DNA of 64,000 nucleotides from an uncultured delta proteobacterium (GCA_963848295.1 CAWKDB010000010.1:4352001-4416000), one strand, 5' to 3'. Numbered from the stretch's first letter, positions 49,929-60,371 are shown. The notes: generated from the letters alone by a model not told the origin. Numbers and translations: made by a program.

Positions 49929-52138
49929 GCCTGGAGATCTCGCGGCGGTCTTTTCTCGCGGGGGTCGGTGCGGCGACGACCGGGCTCGCGCTCGGGATCC
50001 GGATCGGTGGCGCGACCGCGGCGAGCTCGAAGGTGTTCGCGCCGAACCCGTTCATCCAGATCGGGAACGATGGGCTCGTCTCGATCTGGTGCTCGCGCTC
50101 GGAGATGGGCCAGGGCATTCGCAGCTCGCTGCCGGTGCTGATCGCGGACGAGCTCGGCGCCGATCCGGCGAAGATCGAGGTCGTGCAGGCCGACGGCGAC
50201 GAGAAGTGGGGCGATCAAGACACCGACGGCTCGGCGTCGATCCGGATGCTGTTCGACGACATGCGCCACACCGCAGCGGCGGCGCGCCAGATGCTCGTCG
50301 CGGCGGCAGCGGCGCGCTGGCACGTGCCCGCGACGCGGTTGTCCGCGCACGACGATGCGGTCCACGACGGGGCGCGGGCGCTATCGTTCGGCGAGCTCGC
50401 CGAGGACGCGGCGAAGCTCCCGGTGCCCGCGAAGGCCGCGCTCCGGCCGCGCGCCGAGCTGCATCACGTCGGCGCCGAGCTGCCGCTGCGCGATGCGCCC
50501 GATCAGGTCACGGGGCGCGCGATCTACGGCGCCGATGTCTCGCTGCCCGGGATGCTCGTCGCCGTGATCTCGCGGCCACCCGCGTTGTTCGGCAAGGCGA
50601 GCAAGATCGACGACGCGAAGGCGCGCGCGATCGCCGGCGTGCGCGACGTGATCGAATTGCCCGCACCGAAGCCGCCGATCAAGTATCAAGCGCTCGGCGG
50701 CGTCGCGGTGCTCGCCGATCACACGTGGGCCGCGATGCGCGGTCGCGCGGCGCTCGACGTGACATGGGACGGCGGCCCGAACGTCGACTACGACTCCGCG
50801 AGCTACGAGCAAGCGCTGCTCGCTGCGGTGCGCGCGCCGGGCACGACCGTGCGCAAGCTCGGCGACGCGGAGGCCGCGCTCGCGAGCGCCGCGACGCGGG
50901 TCGAAGCCGAGTACACCGTGCCGCACCTCGTGCATGCGGCGATGGAGCCGCCGGCCGCGCTCGCTCGCTTCGACGGCAAGAAGTGCGAGATCTGGGCGTG
51001 CACGCAGAGCCCGCAGGATCTGCGCGACGAGGTCGCGACCGCGCTCGGCGTCGCGAAGACCGAAGTCACGGTCCACGTCACGCTGCTCGGCGGCGGGTTC
51101 GGACGCAAGTCGTTCCCGGACTTCGCGGTCGAGGCGGCGCTGCTCGCGAAGCGCAGCGGCAAACCGGTGCGCGTGCAGTGGACGCGCGACGACGACATCC
51201 GCCACGGCACGATGCACACGGTCAGCGCGCAGGCGCTCGCCGCCGGGCTCGACGCGCACGGCAAGCTCGTCGCGTGGCGCCATCGCATCGCATACCCGAC
51301 GATCTCGTCGACGTTCTCGGCGACCGAGACCCATCCGAGCGATGGCGAGCTCGGCCAGGGCATCACCGACTTGCCGCTGTCGGCGGCGAACGTGCTCGTC
51401 GAGACCGGCGCGGCACCGGCCAAGATCCGGATCGGCTGGATGCGGTCGGTGTGCAACATCCACCAGGCGTTCGCGGTGCAGAGCTTCATCGCCGAGCTCG
51501 CCCACGCGACGAAGCGCGATCCGCGCGACATGCTCGTCGAGGTGCTCGGTCCCGCGCGCGTGCTCACCGCGAAGCTGCAGGGCATCAAGGAGCTCGGGAA
51601 CTACGGCAGCACGGAGCAGAACCGTCCGCACGACGTCGGTCGGCTGCATCGCGTGATCGACAAGGTCACGCAGATGGCGGGATGGGACCACGCGCGCGCC
51701 TCGGGCCGAATACTCGGGCTCGCCGCGCATCGCAGCTTCACGACCGATGTCGCGGTCGTCGTGTCGGCGGTGAGAGGTCCGCGCGGCGAGCCCCACATCG
51801 ACGAGGCGTGGATCGCGGCCGACGCCGGGCTCGTCGTGAACCCCGATCGCGTGCGCGCGCAACTCGAAGGCGCGGTCGTGTTCGGCCTGTCGATCGCGAT
51901 GCACGGCTCGATCACGGTCAAGCGCGGCCAGGTCGAGCAGACCAACTATCACGACTATCGCGTCGCGCGCATGCCCGAGGCTCCGCGCGCGATCCATGTC
52001 GAGCTGATGACGAACGACAACCCACCGGGCGGCGTCGGCGAGCCCGGCGTCCCACCCGTCGCGCCCGCGATCGCGAACGCGATCTTCGAGCTCACCGGCG
52101 AGCGCCATCGCGCGCTGCCGATCGTGCGCCCGAGCTAG
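49925..52138 (+). CDS. iorB: Isoquinoline 1-oxidoreductase-family molybdopterin subunit (Tat-exported)
   Basis: SRRSFL Tat motif, [31 protein letters not shown]. Confidence 0.9.
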   Translation: MSLEISRRSFLAGVGAATTGLALGIRIGGATAASSKVFAPNPFIQIGNDGLVSIWCSRSEMGQGIRSSLPVLIADELGADPAKIEVVQADGDEKWGDQDTDGSASIRMLFDDMRHTAAAARQMLVAAAAARWHVPATRLSAHDDAVHDGARALSFGELAEDAAKLPVPAKAALRPRAELHHVGAELPLRDAPDQVTGRAIYGADVSLPGMLVAVISRPPALFGKASKIDDAKARAIAGVRDVIELPAPKPPIKYQALGGVAVLADHTWAAMRGRAALDVTWDGGPNVDYDSASYEQALLAAVRAPGTTVRKLGDAEAALASAATRVEAEYTVPHLVHAAMEPPAALARFDGKKCEIWACTQSPQDLRDEVATALGVAKTEVTVHVTLLGGGFGRKSFPDFAVEAALLAKRSGKPVRVQWTRDDDIRHGTMHTVSAQALAAGLDAHGKLVAWRHRIAYPTISSTFSATETHPSDGELGQGITDLPLSAANVLVETGAAPAKIRIGWMRSVCNIHQAFAVQSFIAELAHATKRDPRDMLVEVLGPARVLTAKLQGIKELGNYGSTEQNRPHDVGRLHRVIDKVTQMAGWDHARASGRILGLAAHRSFTTDVAVVVSAVRGPRGEPHIDEAWIAADAGLVVNPDRVRAQLEGAVVFGLSIAMHGSITVKRGQVEQTNYHDYRVARMPEAPRAIHVELMTNDNPPGGVGEPGVPPVAPAIANAIFELTGERHRALPIVRPS

Positions 52139-52140
52139 CG

Positions 52141-52599
52141 CTACGCCTTGCCGCGCTCTCGGCGAACCGTGATCCCGAATTCGATCAGCGGCAACTGGGC
52201 TGGGCCGGAGGACCCAGAGCCGGATCCGCCCTGCCAAGACAGCGGCACGTCGGGCTCGTTGGTCTGCAGCATGCCCGCGATGTCGTCCCGCAGCTGGCCC
52301 ACGCGCTCTAGCATCGCAGGTGTCGCCGAGCTGAGGACCGCAACGACGAACAGCTGACGCTTCGCGATGCACACCGCGACGTCGCGCTCGTCGAGCGCGA
52401 GCGACACGACCTCGCCGGTGAGCAGCCTCGCCGCGAGGTCGTCGCTCTTGAGCCCGTACATGACGAGCGCGGCGAGCGGCATGGCCTCCTCTTCGCTGAT
52501 CGCGCCGGCCAGGCCGATCGCTTTTCCGTCACGGTCGACCAGCGCCGCCGCAGCGAGCCCATCGTGGATCGCCTGGCCGAGCACGATCGAGAACTGCAT
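52141..52599 (-). CDS. Roadblock/LC7 (MglB-like) protein, tentative
   Basis: GLAAAALVDRDGKAIG; AGGAG 9 nt before ATG 52599. Confidence 0.5.
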   Translation of the reverse strand: MQFSIVLGQAIHDGLAAAALVDRDGKAIGLAGAISEEEAMPLAALVMYGLKSDDLAARLLTGEVVSLALDERDVAVCIAKRQLFVVAVLSSATPAMLERVGQLRDDIAGMLQTNEPDVPLSWQGGSGSGSSGPAQLPLIEFGITVRRERGKA

Positions 52600-52604
52600 C
52601 ACCG

Positions 52605-52895
52605 TCATCTCCTGCGCCTCCCGAGTAGCCCGCGCACTGCGGACCGCGCGGTGAGCCTCGGGAGTTGCGCGATCGCCTTCGCGAGTTGCAACGCGAGCTG
52701 CAACGGCGAGTCGCCGCGCGCTTCGATCGCGGTCTGCTCGCCACGCGCGACATCTTCGATCGCACCGCGCGCGATCGTATGCGTGCCATCGCTGCGAATC
52801 TCGATGACGAGGCGGGCCACGACCGGAGGCTCGTCGATCCGCTCGACCTCGAGCTCGCGAGGAGTCACGAGCTCCGGCTTGGCGTCATCCTTCAC
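52605..52895 (-). CDS. Hypothetical protein
   Basis: EPPVVARLVIEIRSDGTHTIARGAIED; host-like codon use; -10 box upstream. Confidence 0.65.
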   Translation of the reverse strand: MKDDAKPELVTPRELEVERIDEPPVVARLVIEIRSDGTHTIARGAIEDVARGEQTAIEARGDSPLQLALQLAKAIAQLPRLTARSAVRGLLGRRRR

Positions 52896-52915
52896 GCTCC
52901 GAGTATAGTGCGCGA

Positions 52916-54046
52916 ATGCTGCCGGACCTCGGGTTACTTCGCGAGCGGATCGATGCGGTCGACCGTCAGATCATCGCGCTGATCGCCGACCGGCTGCGCA
53001 TCGTCGAGGACGTCGCGGCGGCGAAGCTCGACGCCGCGAGCCCGTTTCGCGATCGCGAACGCGAGGAGCGCTTGCTCGTTCGGTTGCGCGGTCATGCGAC
53101 CGCCGCCGGGCTCGATCCGCATCAGATCGAGCGGCTGTATCGCGTCGTGATGGAGCTGTCGGTCGCGCACCAAGAGGCAACCGTGCGCAATCGACCCGCT
53201 GCGCCGCTGCGGATCGCGTACCAAGGCGTCGAAGGCAGCTACAGCCACCTCGCGGCGCAACGCCGTTATGGCGGTCGCACCGGCGGTGCGTTGCTCACCG
53301 GCTGCGATTCGTTTCGCGCGGCGGCCGCCGCGGTCGTCGCCGGCGCCGCCGATCTCGCGCTGCTCCCGATCGAGAACACGACCGCGGGCAGCATCAACGA
53401 GACCTACGACGTGCTCGCCGATAGCCGGCTCAACATCACCGGCGAGGTGGTCAGCGCGATCGAGCATTGCTTGCTCGCGTTGCCCGGGGTCGCGCTCGAC
53501 GAGCTGCGCATCGTGATGTCGCATCCGCAGGCGCTCGCGCAGTGTCAGGCTTTCTTCGCGGCCCATCCGCAGCTGACCGCGCGCGACGAGCTCGATACCG
53601 CCGGCGCGGCGCGACGGGTTGCGGCCGACGGCGATCGAACGCAGGCGGCGATCGCGAGTGCGGCGGCCGCGGCGACTTACGGGCTCGCGATCGTCGCGCG
53701 CGGCATTCAGACGTCGGCCGGCAACGCGACGCGGTTTGTCGAGATCGCATTACGACCCGCGCCGATCGCCGACGGCGTCGCGGCGAAGACCTCGTTGCTC
53801 GTCGCGCTCGCCGATCGCCCGGGCGCACTCGGCGAGGTGCTGATGCGGTTCGCCGCGCACGGCCTGTCGCTGACGAAGATCGAGTCGCGGCCGATCCCCG
53901 CCGCGCCGTTCACGTATCGGTTCTACGTCGACGTGCTCGGGCACGCGGCGAGCGCGCCGTTCCAGGCCGCGCTGCGCGAGCTCGAGCCGCTGACCAGCGA
54001 GCTGCGCGTGCTCGGGACGTACCCCGCGGCTCTGGCGCCGGCGTAG
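52916..54046 (+). CDS. pheA: Bifunctional chorismate mutase/prephenate dehydratase
   Basis: LRERIDAVD, YQGVEGSYS, PIENTTAG, SHPQALAQC, NATRF, LTKIESRP. Confidence 0.93.
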   Translation: MLPDLGLLRERIDAVDRQIIALIADRLRIVEDVAAAKLDAASPFRDREREERLLVRLRGHATAAGLDPHQIERLYRVVMELSVAHQEATVRNRPAAPLRIAYQGVEGSYSHLAAQRRYGGRTGGALLTGCDSFRAAAAAVVAGAADLALLPIENTTAGSINETYDVLADSRLNITGEVVSAIEHCLLALPGVALDELRIVMSHPQALAQCQAFFAAHPQLTARDELDTAGAARRVAADGDRTQAAIASAAAAATYGLAIVARGIQTSAGNATRFVEIALRPAPIADGVAAKTSLLVALADRPGALGEVLMRFAAHGLSLTKIESRPIPAAPFTYRFYVDVLGHAASAPFQAALRELEPLTSELRVLGTYPAALAPA

Positions 54047-54056
54047 ACTGCGCGTC

Positions 54057-55031
54057 ATGCGTGCTGTTCGCGTTCACGAGCTCACCGGCCCCGAGGCGCT
54101 GCGTATCGACGACCTTCCCGATCCGACCGGCGGTGCCGGCCAGGTCGTGATCGACGTCGCCGCGGTCGGCGTCAACTTCCCCGACTTGCTGATCTCGCGC
54201 GGTCAGTATCAGTTCAAGCCTGCGCCGCCGTTCATTCCGGGCGGCGAAGCAGCGGGCACGGTCGTCGCGGTCGGCGCCGGCGTGAAGGCGTTCGCGGTCG
54301 GCGATCGCGTGGCGTCGACCGTGTTGTACGGCGCGTTCGCGGAGCGGATCGCGGTGCCCGAGATGTCGACGGTGAAGGTGCCGGCGAGCGTCGACTTCAC
54401 GATCGCGGCAGCGACGCTGCTCACGTACGGCACGACGTATCACGCGCTCGTCGATCGCGCCGCGATCAAGGCCGGCGAGACGCTGCTCGTGCTCGGCGCC
54501 GCGGGCGGCGTAGGGATCGCCGCGGTCGAGCTCGGTGCGCTGCTCGGTGCCAGAGTGATCGCCGCGGCATCGAGCGACGACAAGCTCGAGTTCTGCCGCG
54601 CGCACGGCGCGACCGACGTCATCAACTACGCGCGCGAGGACCTCAAAGATCGGATCAAGGCGCTGACCGGCGGCAAAGGCGTGGACGTCGTCTACGATCC
54701 GGTCGGCGGCGCGTTCTCCGAGGCGGCGTTACGCGGCGTTGGCTGGCAAGGGCGGTACCTCGTCGTCGGATTTGCGGCCGGCGACATCCCTAAGATCCCG
54801 CTCAACCTCGTCTTGCTCAAGGGCTGCCAGATCCTGGGCGTGTTCTGGGGCTCGTTCGCGATGCGCGAGCCGGCGCGCAACCGGGCCAACGGCGAGCAGA
54901 TCTTCGCGTGGGTGGCCGAAGGCAAGCTCAAGCCCGCGATCGACGCGGTGCTGCCGTTCGCGCAGGCCGGCGAGGCGCTCCTCCGGATCGAGCGTCGAGC
55001 GGTCAAGGGCAAGCTCGTCCTGATTCCGTGA
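54057..55031 (+). CDS. NADPH:quinone oxidoreductase (MDR family)
   Basis: VNFPD...GQYQ, PGGEAAG, LGAAGGVG, YDPVGG, VGFAAG. Confidence 0.92.
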   Translation: MRAVRVHELTGPEALRIDDLPDPTGGAGQVVIDVAAVGVNFPDLLISRGQYQFKPAPPFIPGGEAAGTVVAVGAGVKAFAVGDRVASTVLYGAFAERIAVPEMSTVKVPASVDFTIAAATLLTYGTTYHALVDRAAIKAGETLLVLGAAGGVGIAAVELGALLGARVIAAASSDDKLEFCRAHGATDVINYAREDLKDRIKALTGGKGVDVVYDPVGGAFSEAALRGVGWQGRYLVVGFAAGDIPKIPLNLVLLKGCQILGVFWGSFAMREPARNRANGEQIFAWVAEGKLKPAIDAVLPFAQAGEALLRIERRAVKGKLVLIP

Positions 55032-55046
55032 GACACTTCGGAGTGG

Positions 55047-56231
55047 ATGCTCGAGAGGCTCGCCACGCGCCTCGTCCTGTCCGCGGCGATCGCGGGCTGT
55101 AACTTCACACGCGCCGAGTCCTCGTCGGGCCAGGTCGACGCACCGCCCAACGCCACCGACGGGTCGCGACCGATCGACGCGGTGCCGATCGACGGCTGCG
55201 TGTCGTTCTCGACGCTCCTCGATACCTGCGCGGCGGGTGCCGGCGCGGACCTGACGCTGTCGTCGTCGGCCAAGCTCGACACGGAGAGCGGCGCGCTGGT
55301 GACGACGGACGGTACGACCGAAATTGTCGATGCGCAGCCGATCGCGATCGGTGGCGTCTCGGTCGAAGTGCTCGTCGTCCACGATCTGACGCTCGCGCCG
55401 TCGGTCACGCTGGGCGCGACCGGCGCGCGGCCGTTCGCGATCGTCGCGAGCGGCTCGGTCACTCTACAAGACAATGCGTTGATCGAGGTCGGCGACGGGG
55501 GCGCCGGTGCGCCCGCGACGTGCAGCGTCGACATCGACGGTGCAGACAACGGCGGCGGCGGTGGTGGTGGCGGCGGCGGCGGCGCGGGGGCCGCAGGCGG
55601 TGGCGGTGGCGCGGGCAACTCCGACGGATCACCGGGCGCGGGCGGCATGCCGGGGCCGTCATTCGCGTTTCCGCTCGCGCCGGTCGGCGGCTGTCCGGGC
55701 GGTCACGGCGGCATGGGCACGGATCCCGGCGGCGTCGGCGGGCTCGGCGGCGGTGGGATCTATATCGTCGCGGCCGAGAGCATCTCGATCATGGGGACGA
55801 CCGGCGGGATCGACGCGGGCGGCGCCGGTGGCAACGGCGGCATGCAGTCGCCGGGCAAGTACGGCGATGCCGGTGGCGGTGGTGGCGGTGCGGGCGGCTC
55901 GATCATCCTCGAATCGCCGGTGATCTCGAGCTCCGGCTGGCTCGCCGCGAACGGCGGCGGCGGCGGCGAGGCCTCGGGCGGCGATCACATCGGCAACGAC
56001 GGCCACAACGGTGAGCTGTCGATGACCGCGGCGCCGGGCGGCACAGGAAGCGGCAGCAGCGGCACCGACGGCGGCGCCGGTGGGACGCGCTCTAACCCGG
56101 GCGGCACGACGGTGACCGCGACGACTCCGGGTGGCGGCGGTGGCGGGGGCGGGGGCGTCGGCTTCGTCGTGATCAAGTCGGCGAACGCGCAACTCGGCGC
56201 AAACGTCACGCCGGCAGCGACGACGCTGTAG
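55047..56231 (+). CDS. Glycine-rich secreted lipoprotein
   Basis: IAGC lipobox; repeated [11 protein letters not shown] motifs. Confidence 0.75.
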   Translation: MLERLATRLVLSAAIAGCNFTRAESSSGQVDAPPNATDGSRPIDAVPIDGCVSFSTLLDTCAAGAGADLTLSSSAKLDTESGALVTTDGTTEIVDAQPIAIGGVSVEVLVVHDLTLAPSVTLGATGARPFAIVASGSVTLQDNALIEVGDGGAGAPATCSVDIDGADNGGGGGGGGGGGAGAAGGGGGAGNSDGSPGAGGMPGPSFAFPLAPVGGCPGGHGGMGTDPGGVGGLGGGGIYIVAAESISIMGTTGGIDAGGAGGNGGMQSPGKYGDAGGGGGGAGGSIILESPVISSSGWLAANGGGGGEASGGDHIGNDGHNGELSMTAAPGGTGSGSSGTDGGAGGTRSNPGGTTVTATTPGGGGGGGGGVGFVVIKSANAQLGANVTPAATTL

Positions 56232-56256
56232 ACGCGCGCTCGATCGGCGCTCGATC

Positions 56257-56358
56257 GCGCTAGATCCAATGCCGCTCAGATAAGTGCGTTGACCTTGACC
56301 TTGACCTCGACATGAAGGTCAAGGTCAACGTTATCTGAGCGGCACTGGCGCTAGATCC
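56257..56358. repeat. Palindromic MITE/REP-like element flanked by 11-bp direct repeats
   Basis: Outer 18-bp IR 56266-56283/56331-56348 (1 mismatch). Inner perfect 16-bp IR 56287-56302/56315-56330. GCGCTAGATCC at 56257 and 56348. Confidence 0.85.
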
Positions 56359-57148
56359 CGCAGGCCGTGGCGCCGCCTCGCAGCCCGGTGCGGAACGCGG
56401 TCGTGCGCTGCGCCGACGAGCCGTGCGTGAACGTCTCGGGCCGCACGCGTCCGGTCTCGCGTCGCTGGATCGCGTCGTCGCCGATCTGAGCCGCCGCGTT
56501 CAGCGCCTGATCGACATCGCCGACCTCGACGATGCCGCGGAGCGACGCGTCTTTGGCCCATGCGCCGGCGAGACAGTCCGCTTGCAGCTCGACGTGGACC
56601 GAGTTGCCGGAGCCACCGGTGAGTAACCCGCGCTGGTTCTGGACGTGGTGGCCGACCTCGTGCGCGATGACGTACGCTTCCGCGAATTCTCCCGGCGCGC
56701 CGAACCGCCGGCGCAGCTCGTCGAAGAACGCTAGGTCGAGGTAGACCTCGCGATCGTTCGGGCAATAGAACGGGCCGACGGCTTCGCTCGCGGTGCCGCA
56801 TGCCGAGGCGAGTGAGCCGTGAAACAACTCGAGCCGAGCGTCGCGGTAACCCGGTAGCTGTTTGCGCCACATCGTCTGAACATCGTCGAATACGAACTCG
56901 ACGAGGTGCTTCGCGCGCTCTTCCGCCGGCGTCCCTTGGTAGTGACCGCTCGACGACGAATCGTCGCCGCCGGTGAACTGGGTGCCGACCACCGCCGCAC
57001 CGGCGATCACGAGGCCGACGAGCGCGCCGCGCCACCCGAACATGCTGAACAGCCGGACGATCAGGCCCAAGCCGCCGCCGCCGCCGGGCCCGCGCTCGCT
57101 ACGCCGATCGTCGACCTCGGAGCTCGAGTAGTTGTCGTCCCACTTCAT
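56351..57148 (-). CDS. ypfJ: Neutral zinc metallopeptidase, YpfJ family
   Basis: GPFYCP.D..VYLD, AYVIAHEVGHHVQ, ELQADCLAG, FTHGSSAQR. Confidence 0.92.
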   Translation of the reverse strand: MKWDDNYSSSEVDDRRSERGPGGGGGLGLIVRLFSMFGWRGALVGLVIAGAAVVGTQFTGGDDSSSSGHYQGTPAEERAKHLVEFVFDDVQTMWRKQLPGYRDARLELFHGSLASACGTASEAVGPFYCPNDREVYLDLAFFDELRRRFGAPGEFAEAYVIAHEVGHHVQNQRGLLTGGSGNSVHVELQADCLAGAWAKDASLRGIVEVGDVDQALNAAAQIGDDAIQRRETGRVRPETFTHGSSAQRTTAFRTGLRGGATACGI

Positions 57149-57165
57149 GGCTCCTACCGTGCACG

Positions 57166-57897
57166 TTAGCGCGATTTGCCAAGCGGATGCGCAGCCATCC
57201 AATCGAGGATCACGTCGGCCTTCTTGCGGTCGAGCGCACCTTCTTCTTTGTCGTGATCGCCGCCACGCACGAGGTCCCACGTCACGTCTTGTTTGCAGCC
57301 GACGAAGTAGTCGCGCAGCTCGACCGCGAGTCGATGCAACGGATTGCGATCGCCGACGAGGAAGTACGCGGGCAGCGGGCGACTCGGGCAGGTCTCATCG
57401 AACGGCGCGACGCCGCCGCCGTGCAACACGACCGCGGCAAAGGTCGAGGTCCACAGCGATGCGCGCTCGCCGATGTACGACGCGCCACCCGACCAGCCGA
57501 CGAGGTAGATCCGGTCGCGATCGATCGCGGTCGCGCCGGTGGAGTCTGCGATCCGATCGACGACCCAGCTCGCTTCGCCGCCCCATTGCCACCAGCTGTC
57601 GAGCTTGCTCGGACACTCGAGCGCGAGCAGCGCCCAGCGGCGAGCGAGGACGGCCTTCTTCCACCGCACGGCCGCCGCGGGTGCGTGCTCGCGATCGCCA
57701 TGCAGCACGACGACGAGGGGTACGGGATCTGTCGGGTGGCTGGGTGCGTCGAAGATGCAACCACGGCAAGGCGCGGCTGACGCTGGCAGCGCTCCGAGCG
57801 CCAGTGCACAGCCAAGAGCGATGGCCGGGACCCGCGCCCGGCCAGCAGCACTGCCGAAGGGCAGTGCGGCTAGATCGCTGGCGACGCCGATCCGCAT
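57166..57897 (-). CDS. Secreted alpha/beta-hydrolase (esterase-like)
   Basis: PLVVVLHG, RIYLVGWSGGA, VGD.N, GGDH. Confidence 0.75.
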   Translation of the reverse strand: MRIGVASDLAALPFGSAAGRARVPAIALGCALALGALPASAAPCRGCIFDAPSHPTDPVPLVVVLHGDREHAPAAAVRWKKAVLARRWALLALECPSKLDSWWQWGGEASWVVDRIADSTGATAIDRDRIYLVGWSGGASYIGERASLWTSTFAAVVLHGGGVAPFDETCPSRPLPAYFLVGDRNPLHRLAVELRDYFVGCKQDVTWDLVRGGDHDKEEGALDRKKADVILDWMAAHPLGKSR

Positions 57898-58046
57898 GCT
57901 TGCGATCGTGACAAGCCGCGTCGCGATTCGCTCACGGTTTCGGAGCCGATCGTTGCGATTGGTTGGATCGATGTGTGCGTGGCTCGCACCATCAGGAGTT
58001 TCTTGGCGTTCTCGTCGATAAGCCGCAGACTTAGAGGGAAACGGTC

Positions 58047-60113
58047 ATGCGGGGGCTGCTGTATATCGCCTCCATTCTTGGAGCGAGCTGTATGTCGTCG
58101 TCCGGCAACCGGACAGTCGGCACGGTGTCGCCCACGCCGGAAGCCGGCGCCTCGGCGGAGCATCTCGGCGCTCGGATCACGAGCCTGACGGACGCGCGTT
58201 GCCCGGCCGGCGAGGTCGCGGCGATCGCGATCGTCGATGGCCAGGAGCGCGGCGCGGTGTGCCCCAGCGACGCGACCGCACACCAGCTGACGATCGTCGA
58301 TCTCACCGATGCGTGGACGCCGGCGTTGTTCGCGCCCGCCGCCGATGGTCAGGTCCCCGCTAAAGGGGAACCTTCGGACCGAGGAGTCGGCGATCCTTTA
58401 GGAGCGGACCGCCGATCGATCAATCGTCCTCAGGTCCCCAGCTTTCGTGCGAGCTACCTCGCGATCGCGAACGAGCGCGACGCCGCCGGCAAGAAGCTCG
58501 AAGGCGACGACGCGCTCGACGAGCTGTACGGCGTGGTGCCGGCGCTCGCGATCGTGCGCGCCCGACTCGCCGATGATGCGCGGCACGCGTGTCACGCCGC
58601 GATCGATCCGAAGCCGATCGCCGCGCTCGACTATCCGTACTCGCTCGACGACAAGGACGGCGTGCGCAACGCGGAGCTGTGGCGCGCCGGACTCGAAGCG
58701 CAGCTCGAGCGCGAACGCACGCGGCGGCAACTCCCGGACATCGCGGCACTCGCCGCGCTGCCGCCGTGGACCGCGAAGGTCGCGGAGTGGCAGAAGCTCG
58801 ACACCGCGCATCGAGGGCTGGTCACTGCCGAGCGGGAGTTTCAATGCGAAGGCTGGCTCGGCGACAAGGAGCTCGACGGCAGCTTCACGTGGCGGACCGG
58901 TAACGCGGTCGAGCTGTTCCAGCGCCGCAACTTCTTGATGCCGACCGAGCGGCTCGACGCCGAGACCCGCGAGGCGATGCAGCTCGACAGCCACGAGCTC
59001 GACTACCGACTCGCCCTGCGCGTCCTGCGCGAGCGGGTCGCCGACGCGACCGGCCTCATCGAAGACGGCACGGCCGGCGCGGGCCCGCAACCGATCATGG
59101 GCCGCATGCTCGATCCCGTGGCGATGCGCACCGCGCGCGGCGGCTCGCCGCTGCCGGACGCCGCGCCCGATCTGATCAGCGCTGCGACCGAAGCCGCCGC
59201 GAAGCAACTCGGTTGGACCGGTCCGAGCGAGGTGCGCGCGTTTCTCGAACGCCGCGGTGCCGGTGCGCGGTTCGCGATCGCGTTGCCGCCGATCCCCGCC
59301 TACCACACGGCGCACATGGAGCTGTCGGCGGAGGTCGATCGAGGCGACGTGTTCTACGACGAAGAGCCGCCTCCGTTCCGCCGGATCGTCGCGCATCGCC
59401 CTACGCTCACGGTGTTCGCGACGATCGATCAGGCCGCACCGCCTTCCGGCCCGGGTCAGGCCCCCACCGTCGTGCGCGTGAGGAAGCCGCTCGTCCGCTG
59501 GCCGACGACGATCGGCGGCTGGGCCGACGTCCGGTTGCCGGACGGCAGCCTCGTCCAACGCTGGAAGGAATCCGAGGTCGGGCCGCGCTTGTGGCGCGAC
59601 GTGTTCGCGGGGCCGACCTGGCTCGCGCCCCGGACGACACCGGATCGCGAGCTCGTGAAGAATCTGTGGAACGGCCATTGGGGCCTCAAGACCGAGGAGT
59701 TCGGCCCGGGCCCGCACGCCGCGTACGGCATGGTGTTGATCGAGATGCTGCAGGCGATCAAGCTCAAGGACGGCACCGTCCGGCTCGACGACAACGGCAT
59801 CGGCACGCATGGATCGGCGAGCGTGACGTCGATCGTCAACGGCACGAGCCACGGCTGTCATCGGCTGTACAACCAGCTCGCGGTCCGACTCGGCGATTTC
59901 TTGTTGCGCCACCGCGATCACATCGTGCGCGGCGAGCAGCCGGAGCAGTATCGCCGCTGGGTCCACCACAACGACGAGACGTTCAAGGCCGCGATCGACA
60001 CGCGCGGCTTTCTCTACGAGCTGACGCCGCCGGTCCCGGTCGTGGTCCTCAAGGGCAACATCCTCTCGAAGCGCAAGGTTCCGCCGGTGCTCAGCGCCCC
60101 GGCGCGTCCTTAG
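58047..60113 (+). CDS. L,D-transpeptidase-family lipoprotein with peptidoglycan-binding domain
   Basis: LGASC lipobox; DGSFTWRTGNAVELFQRR; GIGTHGS...SHGCHRL. Confidence 0.8.
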   Translation: MRGLLYIASILGASCMSSSGNRTVGTVSPTPEAGASAEHLGARITSLTDARCPAGEVAAIAIVDGQERGAVCPSDATAHQLTIVDLTDAWTPALFAPAADGQVPAKGEPSDRGVGDPLGADRRSINRPQVPSFRASYLAIANERDAAGKKLEGDDALDELYGVVPALAIVRARLADDARHACHAAIDPKPIAALDYPYSLDDKDGVRNAELWRAGLEAQLERERTRRQLPDIAALAALPPWTAKVAEWQKLDTAHRGLVTAEREFQCEGWLGDKELDGSFTWRTGNAVELFQRRNFLMPTERLDAETREAMQLDSHELDYRLALRVLRERVADATGLIEDGTAGAGPQPIMGRMLDPVAMRTARGGSPLPDAAPDLISAATEAAAKQLGWTGPSEVRAFLERRGAGARFAIALPPIPAYHTAHMELSAEVDRGDVFYDEEPPPFRRIVAHRPTLTVFATIDQAAPPSGPGQAPTVVRVRKPLVRWPTTIGGWADVRLPDGSLVQRWKESEVGPRLWRDVFAGPTWLAPRTTPDRELVKNLWNGHWGLKTEEFGPGPHAAYGMVLIEMLQAIKLKDGTVRLDDNGIGTHGSASVTSIVNGTSHGCHRLYNQLAVRLGDFLLRHRDHIVRGEQPEQYRRWVHHNDETFKAAIDTRGFLYELTPPVPVVVLKGNILSKRKVPPVLSAPARP
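58349..58439. mobile_element. 81-bp in-frame palindromic insertion with 10-bp direct repeat
   Basis: TCAGGTCCCC at 58349 and 58430; internal CTAAAGG/CCTTTAG inverted repeat. Confidence 0.65.
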
Positions 60114-60371
60114 CGGCCTCGACCAACGCGCGCTGCGTCAACCCGCCGCAGGCGCCGTGCGGTGAATTGTCGCGACACGCGAACCGCATCAACGTGCCGC
60201 ACCCGCAGCTCCGACGACACCGGCGATAACCGGCATCGTAACGGTGGAAATGCGACGCGATCACCGCGCAAGATCCGTTCGCGCAACCTTGCGAAATGCC
60301 CGCGAACTGTGGTGACTACGTGACGATGTTTCCGCGCGGGTCGAGTCGCACCTGAGCGAGCGGGGAACCCT

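Noticed and set aside
55540..56165. GGC/GGT runs
   Set aside because: Explained by poly-Gly coding in the lipoprotein.
59428..59470. Pro-rich loop with TCAGGCC repeated in the L,D-transpeptidase
   Set aside because: Repeat is short and imperfect, with no clear palindrome; not enough to call a second insertion.
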